A DNA stretch of 64,000 nt from Gemmatimonadota bacterium (GCA_039589315.1 JBDHHQ010000036.1:1-64000); one strand, 5' to 3'; counted from the first letter of the stretch, positions 44,800 through 55,728 are shown. Program-made: numbers and translations. Notes: generated by a model not told the origin, from the sequence alone.

Positions 44800-45732
44800 G
44801 TGGGAGACGATGCATACCATGAGCCGGTGCTCGTCGAGCAGGTTCTGGGTTACCTGGCACCGAGGGGTGCGGGCCTCTTCTTCGACGGCACCGTGGGGGG
44901 TGGGGGGCACGCCCGGGCGGTGCTCGAGACTTGCGCTGAATGCCGCCTCCTCGGTTGCGATCGCGATCCGGAGGCGCTTGCCGAGGCCCGGAAGGCTCTG
45001 GAGCCTCTCGGTGCCCGGGTGGTCCTCGAGCGCGGACGGTTCGACCAGGTGATTCAGGCCCGAGTCGGAGACGCGGTCCTGAGCGGTGCGCTCCTGGACC
45101 TGGGAGTCAGTTCGCGCCAGCTCGACGCAGACGGCCGCGGCTTCGCCTTCCGCCGCGGCGTGCCCCTCGACATGCGCATGGAAGGTGCGGAGGGGTCTGC
45201 TGCCACCGCGGCGGAGCTGCTGAACGAAGCCTCCGAGGGAGATCTGACCGAGATCTTCCGCACCTTTGGCGAAGAGCCCCGGGCACGACGCTTGGCCCGG
45301 TTCATCGTGCGCCGCCGGGCCGAGCGTCCTTTCGAAACGAGCGACGATCTCGTCGGCGCGCTGAGCGCTGCCCGGGGCAGCGCCCCCTCCCAGCGGGACA
45401 AGGCCCGGATCTTCCAGGCCCTGAGAATCGCCGTGAATCAGGAGCTCCAGTCCCTCGAGCAGGGCTTGGAGGGCTTGCTGCCGGCGCTCCTCCCCGGCGG
45501 CACCCTCGTCGTGATCAGCTACCACTCCCTCGAGGACCGTGTCGTCAAGCTCACCTTCCGGAGCTGGAGCGCGGCGTGCGTATGTCCTCCCGAGTTCCCG
45601 GTGTGCGTGTGCCGGGGCGTCCCCCTGGGCGTCACCCTCACGAAGAAGCCCGTGCGCCCCAGCGACGACGAGGTCGCCCGCAACCCAAGAGCCCGGAGCG
45701 CCCGTCTGCGGGCCTGGAGGAAAGCGGCGTGA
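44800..45732 (+). CDS. rsmH: 16S rRNA m4C1402 methyltransferase
   Basis: HEPVL, DGTVGGGGH, DLGVSS.QLD, FQALRIAVN, SYHSLEDR, NPRARSA. Confidence 0.96.
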   Translation: MGDDAYHEPVLVEQVLGYLAPRGAGLFFDGTVGGGGHARAVLETCAECRLLGCDRDPEALAEARKALEPLGARVVLERGRFDQVIQARVGDAVLSGALLDLGVSSRQLDADGRGFAFRRGVPLDMRMEGAEGSAATAAELLNEASEGDLTEIFRTFGEEPRARRLARFIVRRRAERPFETSDDLVGALSAARGSAPSQRDKARIFQALRIAVNQELQSLEQGLEGLLPALLPGGTLVVISYHSLEDRVVKLTFRSWSAACVCPPEFPVCVCRGVPLGVTLTKKPVRPSDDEVARNPRARSARLRAWRKAA

Positions 45733-46013
45733 AGCGCCTGTCCGGATCCAGTCTCGTGGCGCTGGCCGTCGCCGCCCTCCTGGCGTCCCTCACGCTCGTG
45801 GCATGGCGCCAGGGTCGGGCATTGGAGGGACTCGCCGCACTCGACGTGGTCCGGACCGAGGTGTCCGTCGCGGTCGCCGAGCGGGACGAGCTCGCCCGCC
45901 GTATTCAGCGCTTGGAGAGCCGCGGCTACGTGGTCGAGGTCGCGGAGCGGCGTCTGGGCATGCACACGCCCGAGGCCGCGGAGATCGTCTACCTGACCGG
46001 AGCACAGCGGTGA
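45729..46013 (+). CDS. ftsL: Cell division protein FtsL
   Basis: TM helix + coiled coil + A..RLGM; lies between rsmH and ftsI with GTGA overlaps. Confidence 0.85.
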   Translation: MKRLSGSSLVALAVAALLASLTLVAWRQGRALEGLAALDVVRTEVSVAVAERDELARRIQRLESRGYVVEVAERRLGMHTPEAAEIVYLTGAQR

Positions 46014-47989
46014 AGCGGATGACCAAGCTGGAACGCAGAGCCGCTTTCCGCCGGCGCCTCCTGTTGGCCGGCTGGCTCCTGGGATCCGCCCTGATTCTGT
46101 TGAGAGCCGGTGAGCTGCAGCTCGTGGAGGGCACCGAGTGGCGGAGTGTAGCCGGGAAGCAGCATCGCAAGACGGTTCAGGTGCCGGCGCCGCGGGGCTC
46201 GATCGTGGATCGAGACGGGGTTCCCATGGCCGTCAGCCGGGAGCGCGTGCGGGTGGCGGTGGCTCCCCATGAGCTCGAGGACGCACAGTCGGCGGCCGAG
46301 CGACTGGCCGATGCCCTGGAGCTGTCGACCGGCCGGGCCAAGCGCCTCACCACCTCGAAGAAGCGATGGGTGGTCGTCAGCGGTCACTATCCGCCATCCG
46401 TCAAGGAGACCCTGGGAGGCGGGGGCGGCATCTATCTGGAGCGGAGCCTGCCGAGGTACTACCCCCACGGGGATCTGGCCCGGCCCTTGCTCGGCAGCGT
46501 ACAGGATGGCCGCGGCGCCGGCGGGATCGAGCAGGCGTTCGACTCCCTGCTCAGCGGTGACGCGGGCGAGGAGATCCAGGCTCGGGGCAGCAACGGCGAT
46601 CCCGTCCCGGGAGAGACGGTCCTGGTCGAGCCTCCGCAGCCGGGGGGCCAGGTGGTCCTCACGTTGGACATGGATCTGCAGGAGATCGCCCACGAGGCTC
46701 TGAGCGATCAGATCCGTGAGACCGGAGCCCGGCGGGGCGATCTCCTGATCACGGACCCCGCCACGGGCGAGATACTGGCCATGGTCTCCCTCCCGGGAGG
46801 GGCCACCAGCGGCCTGGCGGCGCTCACGACCCCGTACGAGCCGGGCTCGACGCTGAAGCCCTTCACCGTGGCGGCCATCCTCAACGAGGGCGTGGCCACG
46901 ATGCAGGACAGCGCAGACACCGGCGTCGGCCAGTGGCGTGTGGCAGGGCGCACCCTGCACGACGTGCACCCGAAGGGCGGCTACCTCACCCTGGCGGAGG
47001 CGCTTCGCTACTCGTCCAACGTCGGCGTGGCCAAGCTGGCCCAGGGCCTGAGGCCGGCCGAGCAGTACGAGAACCTCCGGGACTTCGGCTTCGGGGTCAT
47101 CACCGGGATCGGGATCCCGGGAGAAGCGGCTGGCATTCTCCGTCGGCCCGATCGTTGGTCCGGCCAGTCCGCGGCTTCCCTGGCGATCGGCTACGAGATC
47201 TCGGTGACGCCGTTGCAGATGGCCATGGCGTACGGTGCCCTGGCCAACGGAGGCAAGCTCATGGAGCCGCGTCTCATCCGGGAGGTCCGCGACCGCCGGG
47301 GACGCGTGGTGACCCGAAATCGCCCACGCGTGGTCCGCCGTGTCGTACCGAAGCGCGTCACCCGAGAAATCACGCCGGTCCTCGTGGAGGTCGTCGACCA
47401 GGGCACCGGGACCCGCGCTCGGCTGACCACCTTCTCGGTCGCCGGGAAGAGCGGAACCGCCCGGGCGTACGACGCCAACGGCGGGTACGCGCAGGGCGGC
47501 TACTACTCGTCCTTCATCGGCTTCTTCCCGGCCGAGGATCCGCAGCTGGTCATCTTCGTGAAGCTGGAGCGACCCCAGGGAGCCTATTACGGCGGCGCCA
47601 CCGCGGCTCCCGTGACGCGGGCCACCTTGGAGGCCATCCTCGCCGCCCGGCGGGCGCCCATCGATCGCCGGGCCCTGGCCGCCATGGCCCGCCGCACCGA
47701 GCGCGACGGGTCCGAAGCCGGGGAGGTGCCCGTCGCCTTCGCGTCCCAGTCACTGGACCCGGTCACCTCGCCAGCTCCGCCCTCCCCGCCCGACGCGACG
47801 GCGCCCGTTCCCGTCCCGGACGTCTCGGGACTCTCGGCCCGGGCCGCGATCCGACGCCTCCACGCGCTGGGGCTCCACGTCTCGTGGGGCGCCGACGGGG
47901 CCATCACCGGAACCATACCCGCCGCCGGTACGCGCTTGGCGCCTGGCGACACCGTCAGCCTGCGGACCCGGACGGGGGACGATGGCTGA
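46010..47989 (+). CDS. ftsI: Class B PBP FtsI with C-terminal PASTA domain
   Basis: RGSIVDRDG, EPGSTLK (SxxK), SSN, KSGT, VPDVSG. Confidence 0.93.
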   Translation: MKRMTKLERRAAFRRRLLLAGWLLGSALILLRAGELQLVEGTEWRSVAGKQHRKTVQVPAPRGSIVDRDGVPMAVSRERVRVAVAPHELEDAQSAAERLADALELSTGRAKRLTTSKKRWVVVSGHYPPSVKETLGGGGGIYLERSLPRYYPHGDLARPLLGSVQDGRGAGGIEQAFDSLLSGDAGEEIQARGSNGDPVPGETVLVEPPQPGGQVVLTLDMDLQEIAHEALSDQIRETGARRGDLLITDPATGEILAMVSLPGGATSGLAALTTPYEPGSTLKPFTVAAILNEGVATMQDSADTGVGQWRVAGRTLHDVHPKGGYLTLAEALRYSSNVGVAKLAQGLRPAEQYENLRDFGFGVITGIGIPGEAAGILRRPDRWSGQSAASLAIGYEISVTPLQMAMAYGALANGGKLMEPRLIREVRDRRGRVVTRNRPRVVRRVVPKRVTREITPVLVEVVDQGTGTRARLTTFSVAGKSGTARAYDANGGYAQGGYYSSFIGFFPAEDPQLVIFVKLERPQGAYYGGATAAPVTRATLEAILAARRAPIDRRALAAMARRTERDGSEAGEVPVAFASQSLDPVTSPAPPSPPDATAPVPVPDVSGLSARAAIRRLHALGLHVSWGADGAITGTIPAAGTRLAPGDTVSLRTRTGDDG

Positions 47990-49463
47990 GGTCGCTCTGA
48001 CCCTCGGCTCCGTGGCGGCGGTCCTCCGCGCTCGCGGCCTCCTGACGGAGGTGCACGGGTCGGAGGACGTGGCCGTTTCGGGGGTGAGCCAGGACTCCAG
48101 GTCGGTGGAGCCGGGCGACCTGTTCGTGGCGTGGGTGGGGCTCGAGCATGACGCCCACCGCTTCCTGTCCGCAGCGGTGGCCGCGGGCGCGGTGGCCGCG
48201 GTGGTCGAGCGTCGGATCTCCGACGTGTCGGTGCCCCACCTCGTGGTGCAGGACGGCCGGCTCGCGGGTGCGCTGGCCGCGGACATCATCGCCCGTTCGC
48301 CCTGGCGCGAGCTGTACACGACCGCAGTGACCGGGACCAACGGCAAGACGACCACGGCGATCCTGGCCCGTCACCTGCTCGGAGCGAAGGGCCCGTCGAC
48401 GGCCATCGGCACGCTGGGCCTCATCGACGCGGACGGCGAGGTGCGGCCGGGGACCGAAGGGCTGACCACGCCCGGGCCCGTACAGCTCGCGGGCTGGCTC
48501 AGGGAGATGGCCGACGACGGCGTGGCGTCCGTGGTGATGGAGGCGTCTTCGCACGCGCTGGACCAGCGGCGCTTGGACGGGATCCGCTTCGACACCGCCG
48601 TCTTCACCAACATCGGCCGGGATCACCTGGACTACCACCGCGACCAGCCGGCCTACGTCGCCGCTAAAGCCCGGTTGCTCGAGCTGGTCAAGGACGACGG
48701 CAACGCGGTCGTGAATCAGGAGGAGCCGGCGTGGGCCGCCCTGGTGCGCCAGGGCGTACGGCGGCTGTCCTACGGGACCTGTGAGTCTGCGGATCTGAGG
48801 GCCCGGGAGGTGGAGCTCCACGACGGTGGTGCACGCTTCGAGCTGGTACACGGCGGTGACGGGGAGTCGGTGGACGTTCCCCTCTTGGGCCGTTTCAACG
48901 TCGAGAACGCCCTGGCCGCTGCGGGCGTCGCCGTGGTGGCGGGGATCCCGCTCGCCGAGGTGGCCCGCCGACTCCGGACGGCTCCGCAGGTGGACGGCCG
49001 CCTGGAAATGGTGACCCGCGATCCCTGCCCGGTGCTGATCGACTTCGCCCACACCCCCGAAGCCCTGGGCCGGGTGCTGGCAACGCTACGCCCCGTCGTG
49101 CGCGGCCGGCTGATCGTGGTCTTCGGCGCCGGAGGCGACCGTGACGCCACCAAGCGGCCGCTGATGGGCGGTGTGGTGGCACGTTGGGCGGACGTGGCGG
49201 TGGTCACGTCGGACAACCCCCGCTCCGAGGATCCCGAGGCCATCATCGACGACATCGTGGCCGGCATGCCCGGCTTCGACGGGATCCGCCTGGCCGACCG
49301 GCGTCAGGCCATTCGGGCCGGCCTGGAGATGGCGACGGAAGGCGATCTGGTGCTTCTGGCAGGGAAGGGCCACGAGCGCCACCAGGTCGTGGGTCGTGAG
49401 CGGCTGCCACTGGACGAGCGCGAGGTGGTGCGCGGCTACCTGAGCGGAGGCGCGGTACGGTGA
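47982..49463 (+). CDS. murE: UDP-MurNAc-tripeptide synthetase (meso-DAP type)
   Basis: TGTNGKTT, MEASSH, DHLDYH, DFAHTP, DNPR, GKGHE. Confidence 0.96.
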   Translation: MAEVALTLGSVAAVLRARGLLTEVHGSEDVAVSGVSQDSRSVEPGDLFVAWVGLEHDAHRFLSAAVAAGAVAAVVERRISDVSVPHLVVQDGRLAGALAADIIARSPWRELYTTAVTGTNGKTTTAILARHLLGAKGPSTAIGTLGLIDADGEVRPGTEGLTTPGPVQLAGWLREMADDGVASVVMEASSHALDQRRLDGIRFDTAVFTNIGRDHLDYHRDQPAYVAAKARLLELVKDDGNAVVNQEEPAWAALVRQGVRRLSYGTCESADLRAREVELHDGGARFELVHGGDGESVDVPLLGRFNVENALAAAGVAVVAGIPLAEVARRLRTAPQVDGRLEMVTRDPCPVLIDFAHTPEALGRVLATLRPVVRGRLIVVFGAGGDRDATKRPLMGGVVARWADVAVVTSDNPRSEDPEAIIDDIVAGMPGFDGIRLADRRQAIRAGLEMATEGDLVLLAGKGHERHQVVGRERLPLDEREVVRGYLSGGAVR

Positions 49464-50863
49464 CGGCCTTCGTCTGGACGGACCACCAGGTGCGGGCCGC
49501 GTTGGGCCTGACTCCGACCGCGGGGGACCCCTCGGTCACGTACCGGGCGGTCAGCACCGACAGCCGGAGCGTGGGCCAGGGCGACCTGTTCGTGGCGTTG
49601 GAGGGAGACCGGTTCGACGGCCACGACTACATCGGTCAGGCCGTGGCCCAGGGCGCCGCCGGGGCAGTGGTCTCCCGTCCCGTGGACGCGGGCGGCGCTC
49701 GCTGCTACGAGGTCGACGGGACGTTGCGGGCCCTGGGCCTCCTGGCCCGTCACCGCCGCCGGTCCCTGTCGGCCCGCGTCGTGGGCATCACCGGGTCGGC
49801 CGGGAAGACCACGGCGAAGGACCTGACCCGGGGCGCCCTGTCCCGGGAGCTCCGGGTGCACGCGACCCGGGGCAACCTCAACAACCAGATCGGCGTTCCC
49901 CTCACGCTGCTGGCCGCCCCGGAAGACGCCGAGGTGGTAGTCGTAGAGATGGGTACCAACGAGCCCGGCGAGATCGGCATTCTCACTGCCATCGCAGAGC
50001 CCGAGGTAGGAGTTGTGACCACCGTCGGCGAGACCCACCTGGAGAAGCTCGGCTCCTTCGCCGGTGTCCTGGCCGAGAAGCTCGACCTCCTGAGGGGGCT
50101 GCCGGCCACCGGTTCCGCGGTGGTCGGCGACGAGCCCCCCGAGCTCGCTGACGCGGCCCGCGCCATCGTACCGGGCGTTCGGGTGGCGGGATGGACGGAC
50201 CGGGCAGACGCCGATCTACGTCCCGCCGACCCCCGAGTGGACGACCAGGGCCGCTATCGCTTCCGGTGGCATGGCGAGGAGGCGTCCCTGTCCTTGCCCG
50301 GACGCCACGCAGTCGTGAACGCCCTTCTGGCCCTCGCGGTCGCGGACCTGGTGGGCGTCTCCGCCGTCGCGGCCGTGAGTGGCGTCTCCGGGGTCACGGC
50401 TGGGTCCCTGCGGGGAGAGATTCGCCGGCTGGGCGGCTTGACCGTGCTCGTGGACTGCTACAACGCCAACCCGCAAAGCGTCCGCGCCGCGCTGGACCTC
50501 CTGGAGGCCCTGCCCGCGGCAGAAGGCCGGGTGGCTGTCCTGGGCTCCATGCTGGAGCTGGGGGATCGATCGGACGCGCTCCATGACGAGCTGCTGGCGG
50601 ACGCCCTCTCGCGCCGCTTCGAGCTCGTGGTGGCCACGGGGGCCTTCGCGGACGCCACGGAGCGCTCCGCCGACGCGTCCCGCGTGCTGCGCGACGGCAG
50701 GCTCGTGGTGAGCCGACCGGTGGAGGGGGCCTACGACGCCATGTCCGGGCGACTGCGGGCAGGAGCCGCAGTGCTGCTCAAGGGTTCCCGCGGAGTTCGC
50801 CTGGAGCGGCTGCTGGAACCGCTGGAGCGGGACTTCGGCACCGGTGCAGAGGAGGTGGCCTAG
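49460..50863 (+). CDS. murF: UDP-MurNAc-pentapeptide synthetase
   Basis: TDSR, TGSAGKTT, NLNNQIGVP, DCYNANP, KGSRG. Confidence 0.96.
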   Translation: MTAFVWTDHQVRAALGLTPTAGDPSVTYRAVSTDSRSVGQGDLFVALEGDRFDGHDYIGQAVAQGAAGAVVSRPVDAGGARCYEVDGTLRALGLLARHRRRSLSARVVGITGSAGKTTAKDLTRGALSRELRVHATRGNLNNQIGVPLTLLAAPEDAEVVVVEMGTNEPGEIGILTAIAEPEVGVVTTVGETHLEKLGSFAGVLAEKLDLLRGLPATGSAVVGDEPPELADAARAIVPGVRVAGWTDRADADLRPADPRVDDQGRYRFRWHGEEASLSLPGRHAVVNALLALAVADLVGVSAVAAVSGVSGVTAGSLRGEIRRLGGLTVLVDCYNANPQSVRAALDLLEALPAAEGRVAVLGSMLELGDRSDALHDELLADALSRRFELVVATGAFADATERSADASRVLRDGRLVVSRPVEGAYDAMSGRLRAGAAVLLKGSRGVRLERLLEPLERDFGTGAEEVA

Positions 50864-50865
50864 TC

Positions 50866-51972
50866 GTGCTCTACCACCTGCTGCCCCAGTTCGCAGACGT
50901 GCACATCGTGTTCAACCTGTTCCGGTTCATCACGTTTCGGGCCGCTGGCGCCGTGGTCACGGCGCTGCTGCTCGCATTCGTGCTCGGCCCCGGGACCATC
51001 CGTTGGCTCACCCGTCTGCGCGTGGGCCAGGTGGTCCGTACCGTGGGTCCGGAGACCCACCTGGTCAAGGCCGGGACGCCCACGATGGGCGGCATCTTGA
51101 TCCTGCTGTCGGCTACCCTCTCGACGCTGCTCTGGGCAGAGCTGACCAACGTCTACACGGTGGTCTGCCTCGTCGCGCTGCTCTGGATGGGGATCCTGGG
51201 CTTCCTCGACGACTACCTCAAGGTGGTCCGAGGCCGGACCGAGGGTCTCGTCGCACGCTACAAGATGGTCGGGCAGTGGACGTTCGGCCTGGGCCTGGGG
51301 CTGTTCCTCGTGTTCTTCCCCGCGTGGCCCATCCCGCCCAACTGGACCAGCCTGCCGTTCTTCGCCGATTGGGCGGCCGTGTTCTGGACGCCGGTCTACG
51401 TCGTCTTCGTGGGCGCGGTCGTGTCGGGCACCTCCAACGCGGTGAACCTGACGGACGGCCTGGACGGGCTGGCCACCGGTCTGTCCGGCATCGCCGCCGC
51501 CACCTTCGGGATCTTCGCCTACGTCATCGGCCGGGTCGACACATCCCGCTACCTGGGCCTGTTCTACCTCCCGGGCTCGGGCGAGATGGCCATCTTCGCC
51601 GTCGCGCTCGCCGGCGCGGCGTTGGGCTTCCTCTGGTTCAACGCCCATCCCGCAGAGGTCTTCATGGGCGACACCGGTTCGCTGGCCCTGGGCGGAGCGA
51701 TCGGCGTCATAGCCATCCTGCTCAAGGCCGAGTTCCTGCTGGTCATCGTCGGGGGCGTCTTCGTGATGGAGACGCTCTCGGTGATCCTCCAGACCAGCTA
51801 CTTCAAATACACCGCACGCAAGCACGGAGAGGGCCGCCGGATCTTCAGGATGGCCCCGATCCACCATCACTTCGAGAAACTCGGATGGCCCGAGACCAAG
51901 GTGGTCATCCGCTTTTGGATCCTCGGAATCCTCTGCGCCATGCTGGGCTTCAGCACGCTGAAGATCCGTTGA
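50866..51972 (+). CDS. mraY: Phospho-MurNAc-pentapeptide transferase
   Basis: KAGTPTMGG, DDYLK, NAVNLTDGLDGL, FMGDTGS, MAPIHHHFE. Confidence 0.97.
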   Translation: MLYHLLPQFADVHIVFNLFRFITFRAAGAVVTALLLAFVLGPGTIRWLTRLRVGQVVRTVGPETHLVKAGTPTMGGILILLSATLSTLLWAELTNVYTVVCLVALLWMGILGFLDDYLKVVRGRTEGLVARYKMVGQWTFGLGLGLFLVFFPAWPIPPNWTSLPFFADWAAVFWTPVYVVFVGAVVSGTSNAVNLTDGLDGLATGLSGIAAATFGIFAYVIGRVDTSRYLGLFYLPGSGEMAIFAVALAGAALGFLWFNAHPAEVFMGDTGSLALGGAIGVIAILLKAEFLLVIVGGVFVMETLSVILQTSYFKYTARKHGEGRRIFRMAPIHHHFEKLGWPETKVVIRFWILGILCAMLGFSTLKIR

Positions 51973-51987
51973 GGGTGGGGGCATCGA

Positions 51988-53349
51988 TTGAAGGAGAAGG
52001 GAGCAGGACAGGTCGCCATCGTGGGCCTGGGTGCCAGCGGACGAGCCGCGGCGCGGTTGGCCCTCGAGCACGGAGGAGAGGTCTATGTCTCGGATCTGCG
52101 CGTTGACCCCCAGGCTGCAGCTGCTGGAGCCGAGCTCGAAGCGCTCGGTGCCCACGTCGAGCTCGGGGCTCACGACGAGCACCGGATCGCGTCAGCGGAC
52201 ACCGTGGTGGTCAGTCCGGGAATCCCGCCCGACGCTCCGGTTCTCCGGGCCCTCGTGGGGCGGAACGTCCGCTGGATATCTGAGCCTGAGTTCGCCTTTC
52301 GGTTCCTCTCACGTCCACTGATCGCCGTGACCGGGACGAACGGGAAGACCACCACCGCTGCGTTGACGGCCCACCTGCTGGAGGAGGCCGGAATCGCCGT
52401 GGGACTGGGCGGGAACATCGGGGGAGGCTTCGGCCCGCCGGCCTCGGAGCTGGCCCTCATGGATCCGCCGCCGGACTGGTTCGTCCTGGAGGTGAGCTCG
52501 TTTCAGCTCGCCGATATCGACACGTTCGCGCCGGCGGTCGGCGTGGTCACGAATCTGGCTCCCGACCACCTCGATCGGTACCCGACCGTCGAGGCGTACT
52601 ACGCGGACAAGGCGAGGCTCTTCGACAACGCCACCGCCGAGAGCCGGTGGGTGCTCTTCCGCGACGACCCCGAGGTCGGCGCCCTGGCGGGCGACGCGGC
52701 GGGCGTGCGGTACTGGTTCGGCGAGGCCGACGACTTCGAGGGGGGCTACCTGGACGGGGACGACCTGGTCCTTCGTCTGGGCGGCACCGCTACGCCCCTC
52801 GGGTCGGTATCCGATCTGGCGCTGCTGGGCCGTCACAACGCGCTCAACGGCCTGGCGGCAGCGGTGGCGGCTCGACTCGTGGGAGCGGAGCCCGCCGCGC
52901 TCCGGCGGGGGCTCGCCTCCTTCTCGCCCATGTCCCACCGGTTGGAGCCCCTCCTCGAGCGGGGCGGGATCCTCTGGGTCAACGACTCCAAGGCGACCAA
53001 CGTGGCGGCGGCCCGGAGCGCCCTGGCCAGCCTCGACAGGCCGGTCGTCGTGCTGCTCGGCGGCTGGGACAAGGGCGAGGACTTCGGTGACCTGCTGCCG
53101 GCTTCCGGACCCCCTGTCCGCGCCGCGATCGCATACGGTGCTGCGGGGGAGCGGATCGCGGGCGCCCTGGAGGGCGCCGTGCGGGTGGTGCGGGCGGAGG
53201 CGCTGGAGGATGCGGTCATGGCGGCTCGCGCGGAGGCGCGACCCGGTGACGCGGTCTTGTTGGCCCCGGCGTGCTCGAGCTTCGACGCCTTCTCGGGCTA
53301 CGAGGAGCGGGGCCGCCGGTTCGCGGCCCTGGCTCGGGGGGAGGACTGA
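51988..53349 (+). CDS. murD: UDP-MurNAc-L-Ala:D-Glu ligase
   Basis: GLGASG, VSPGI, TGTNGKTT, EVSSFQL, NDSKATN, PACSSFD. Confidence 0.96.
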   Translation: MKEKGAGQVAIVGLGASGRAAARLALEHGGEVYVSDLRVDPQAAAAGAELEALGAHVELGAHDEHRIASADTVVVSPGIPPDAPVLRALVGRNVRWISEPEFAFRFLSRPLIAVTGTNGKTTTAALTAHLLEEAGIAVGLGGNIGGGFGPPASELALMDPPPDWFVLEVSSFQLADIDTFAPAVGVVTNLAPDHLDRYPTVEAYYADKARLFDNATAESRWVLFRDDPEVGALAGDAAGVRYWFGEADDFEGGYLDGDDLVLRLGGTATPLGSVSDLALLGRHNALNGLAAAVAARLVGAEPAALRRGLASFSPMSHRLEPLLERGGILWVNDSKATNVAAARSALASLDRPVVVLLGGWDKGEDFGDLLPASGPPVRAAIAYGAAGERIAGALEGAVRVVRAEALEDAVMAARAEARPGDAVLLAPACSSFDAFSGYEERGRRFAALARGED

Positions 53350-54524
53350 TGCGGCGGCGCGTCGACGTTCGGCCCGCGGGACCCGTCTCCCTGCCCGACA
53401 CCGGCCTCGGTCGTGGATGGGAGCCGGCCGTGATCATGACGGCGACACTGCTCCTCCTCTCGTTCGGGCTGGTGACGCTGTACAGCGCCAGCTCCTTCCT
53501 GGCCCAGCGGCAGAACCTGGCGGATTACTTCTACGTGCTGCGCCAGGCGGGAGGTGCCGCCCTCGGCCTGGTGGTCATGGTGGTCTGCTCCCGGGTGCCG
53601 TACACCTGGTGGCGGAGCCTGGCCTGGCCGCTCGTCGCCCTCACCGTGCTTCTGCTGCTCCTGTTGATTCTTCCGGGAACCCAGGCCATCGCCCCCGAGG
53701 TCAACGGCGCCCGTCGCTGGCTCCGGCTCGGCGTGACGGTGCAGCCGTCGGAGCTCGCCAAGGTCGCCATCGTCGTGTGGACGGCGGCGTTGGCCGTGAG
53801 GAAGCAGGAGCTCCTGTCCAGCATGAGCAAGGGCCTTCTCCCGTTCCTCCTCATCTGGGGTGTGGTGTGCGGGCTGATCGCGCTCCAGCCCGATCTGTCG
53901 ACTGCCTGTCTCGTGGGGATGCTGGGAAGCCTGATCGTGTTCGCGGCGGGCGGACGCGCGGGGCACTTCGCGTTACTCGGCCTCCTCATGACCCCGTTCC
54001 TCTGGACCCAGCTGAACGTGGCGTTCCGGGCCCAGCGGCTCATGGCCTTCCTGAACCCGGCCGCGGACCCCTCGGGCGCGGGCTTCCAGGTTCGTCAGTC
54101 CCTGATCGCCATCGGTTCGGGCGGGATCACGGGCGTGGGGTTCGGCGAAGGCCGCCAGAAGTTCGGCTTCCTTCCCGAGGCTCACAACGACTTCATCTTC
54201 GCGATGGTCGGCGAGGAGTGGGGCCTGGTGGGCGTCGTGTTCCTGATGTCCCTCTACCTGACGTTGATCCTCGTGGGCTTTCGCATCGCGGGGCGCGTGC
54301 CGGATCTGTTCGGCCAGCTGCTGGCCATCGGCGTGACGAACCTGGTGGCGATCCAGGCCGTGCTCCACATGGGCGTGGGCCTCGGGCTGGTGCCGCCCAC
54401 GGGCCTGACGCTGCCCCTGGTGTCCTACGGACGCTCCAGCCTGATCGTGACGCTGGCCGCACTCGGGATCCTGATGGCCGTGGCGCGGGGCGTACACCCC
54501 GAGAGGCGAAAGGCCCGTGCATGA
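53349..54524 (+). CDS. ftsW: Peptidoglycan polymerase FtsW
   Basis: NGARRW, QPSELAK, LPEAHNDFIF, GEEWG, LPLVSYG. Confidence 0.95.
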   Translation: MRRRVDVRPAGPVSLPDTGLGRGWEPAVIMTATLLLLSFGLVTLYSASSFLAQRQNLADYFYVLRQAGGAALGLVVMVVCSRVPYTWWRSLAWPLVALTVLLLLLLILPGTQAIAPEVNGARRWLRLGVTVQPSELAKVAIVVWTAALAVRKQELLSSMSKGLLPFLLIWGVVCGLIALQPDLSTACLVGMLGSLIVFAAGGRAGHFALLGLLMTPFLWTQLNVAFRAQRLMAFLNPAADPSGAGFQVRQSLIAIGSGGITGVGFGEGRQKFGFLPEAHNDFIFAMVGEEWGLVGVVFLMSLYLTLILVGFRIAGRVPDLFGQLLAIGVTNLVAIQAVLHMGVGLGLVPPTGLTLPLVSYGRSSLIVTLAALGILMAVARGVHPERRKARA

Positions 54525-55728
54525 GCAGCGAAGGGCCGTGGCCGTCTTCGCCGGTGGGGGCACCGGAGGGCACCTCTACCCGGCTCTGGCGCTGGCCGAC
54601 GCCCTCGTGGCGATCCGTCCGGACGTTCGCCCCTTCTTCGTCGGCGCCCGCAGGGGAGTGGAAGCCCGGGTCCTCCCCGCCCGCGGGCTGGAGCACGTCC
54701 TGCTGCCGGTCCGAGGCCTCCGGCGAGACAACCCGTTCGCCAACGCCGGCGTTCTCTGGGACCTCCTCCGCTCTCTGCTCCAGGCGCGCCGCCTGTTCCG
54801 ACGCCTTCGGCCCGGCCTCGTCGTGGTGACCGGGGGCTACGCCGGGGCTCCGGCCGGAATCCTAGCGGGGAGGATGGGGATCCCGCTCGTCCTCCACGAG
54901 GCCAACAGCTATCCGGGCGTGACCATTCGGCGGCTGGCCCCCAGCGCCACGGCGATTCATCTGGGCTTTCCGGAGGCGCGCGACCGGCTTCCCGCCAGCG
55001 CGAGGGGTCGGACCGTGACGAGCGGGAACCCGATCCGGCCTCCCGGACAGGTCGGCCGGGATCAGGGCCGTCACGCGTTCGGCCTGCAGCCCGCGGCCAC
55101 GGTGCTGCTGGTCGTGGGGGGCAGCCAGGGGTCCCGGGCTCTCAACGACCTGGTGCTCGCCGCGGTCGAGGCGGTGGTAGCGGGTCGACTGGTCCGGCCC
55201 GCAGCGCTCCAGCTCCTCTGGGCCACCGGCCCCGACCACTTCGGCCCGGTGCGCCGCCGCCTCGAGGCTGCGGGCGACCCCGTGTGGGTGAAAGCCACCG
55301 ACTACATCCACCGGATGCCGGAGGCGCTGGCCGCCACCGATCTGGCCCTGAGCCGGGCCGGCGCCATGTTCACGTCGGAGTTCCTGGCCTGGGGGATTCC
55401 TGCGGTGCTCGTCCCCCTGCCGACAGCGGCGGAGGACCATCAGACGCAGAACGCCAAGGTCCTCGCGGAGGCCGGTGTAGCCGTCCACCTGGCCGAGGCC
55501 GAGCTGACGTCCGAGTCCCTCTGGAAGGTGGTGACCGACCTGAGCGAGGACGCGGACCGGCGGACGGACATGGCCCGAAGGGCACGGGACCGGGGTCACC
55601 CCTCGGCGGCTCACGAGATCGCCCGTTCACTGGCCGCACTGCTCGCGCCGCCCGCAGACCACGATTCGGCTCCGGCGCCCCGGGGGCCTCGTGGCCAGGG
55701 CGGAGCATCCGTGCGGGGGGAGAGGTGA
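54517..55728 (+). CDS. murG: Lipid II GlcNAc transferase
   Basis: GGGTGGHLYP, GGY, GNPIR, GGSQG, SRAGA, HQ..NA. Confidence 0.96.
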   Translation: MHEQRRAVAVFAGGGTGGHLYPALALADALVAIRPDVRPFFVGARRGVEARVLPARGLEHVLLPVRGLRRDNPFANAGVLWDLLRSLLQARRLFRRLRPGLVVVTGGYAGAPAGILAGRMGIPLVLHEANSYPGVTIRRLAPSATAIHLGFPEARDRLPASARGRTVTSGNPIRPPGQVGRDQGRHAFGLQPAATVLLVVGGSQGSRALNDLVLAAVEAVVAGRLVRPAALQLLWATGPDHFGPVRRRLEAAGDPVWVKATDYIHRMPEALAATDLALSRAGAMFTSEFLAWGIPAVLVPLPTAAEDHQTQNAKVLAEAGVAVHLAEAELTSESLWKVVTDLSEDADRRTDMARRARDRGHPSAAHEIARSLAALLAPPADHDSAPAPRGPRGQGGASVRGER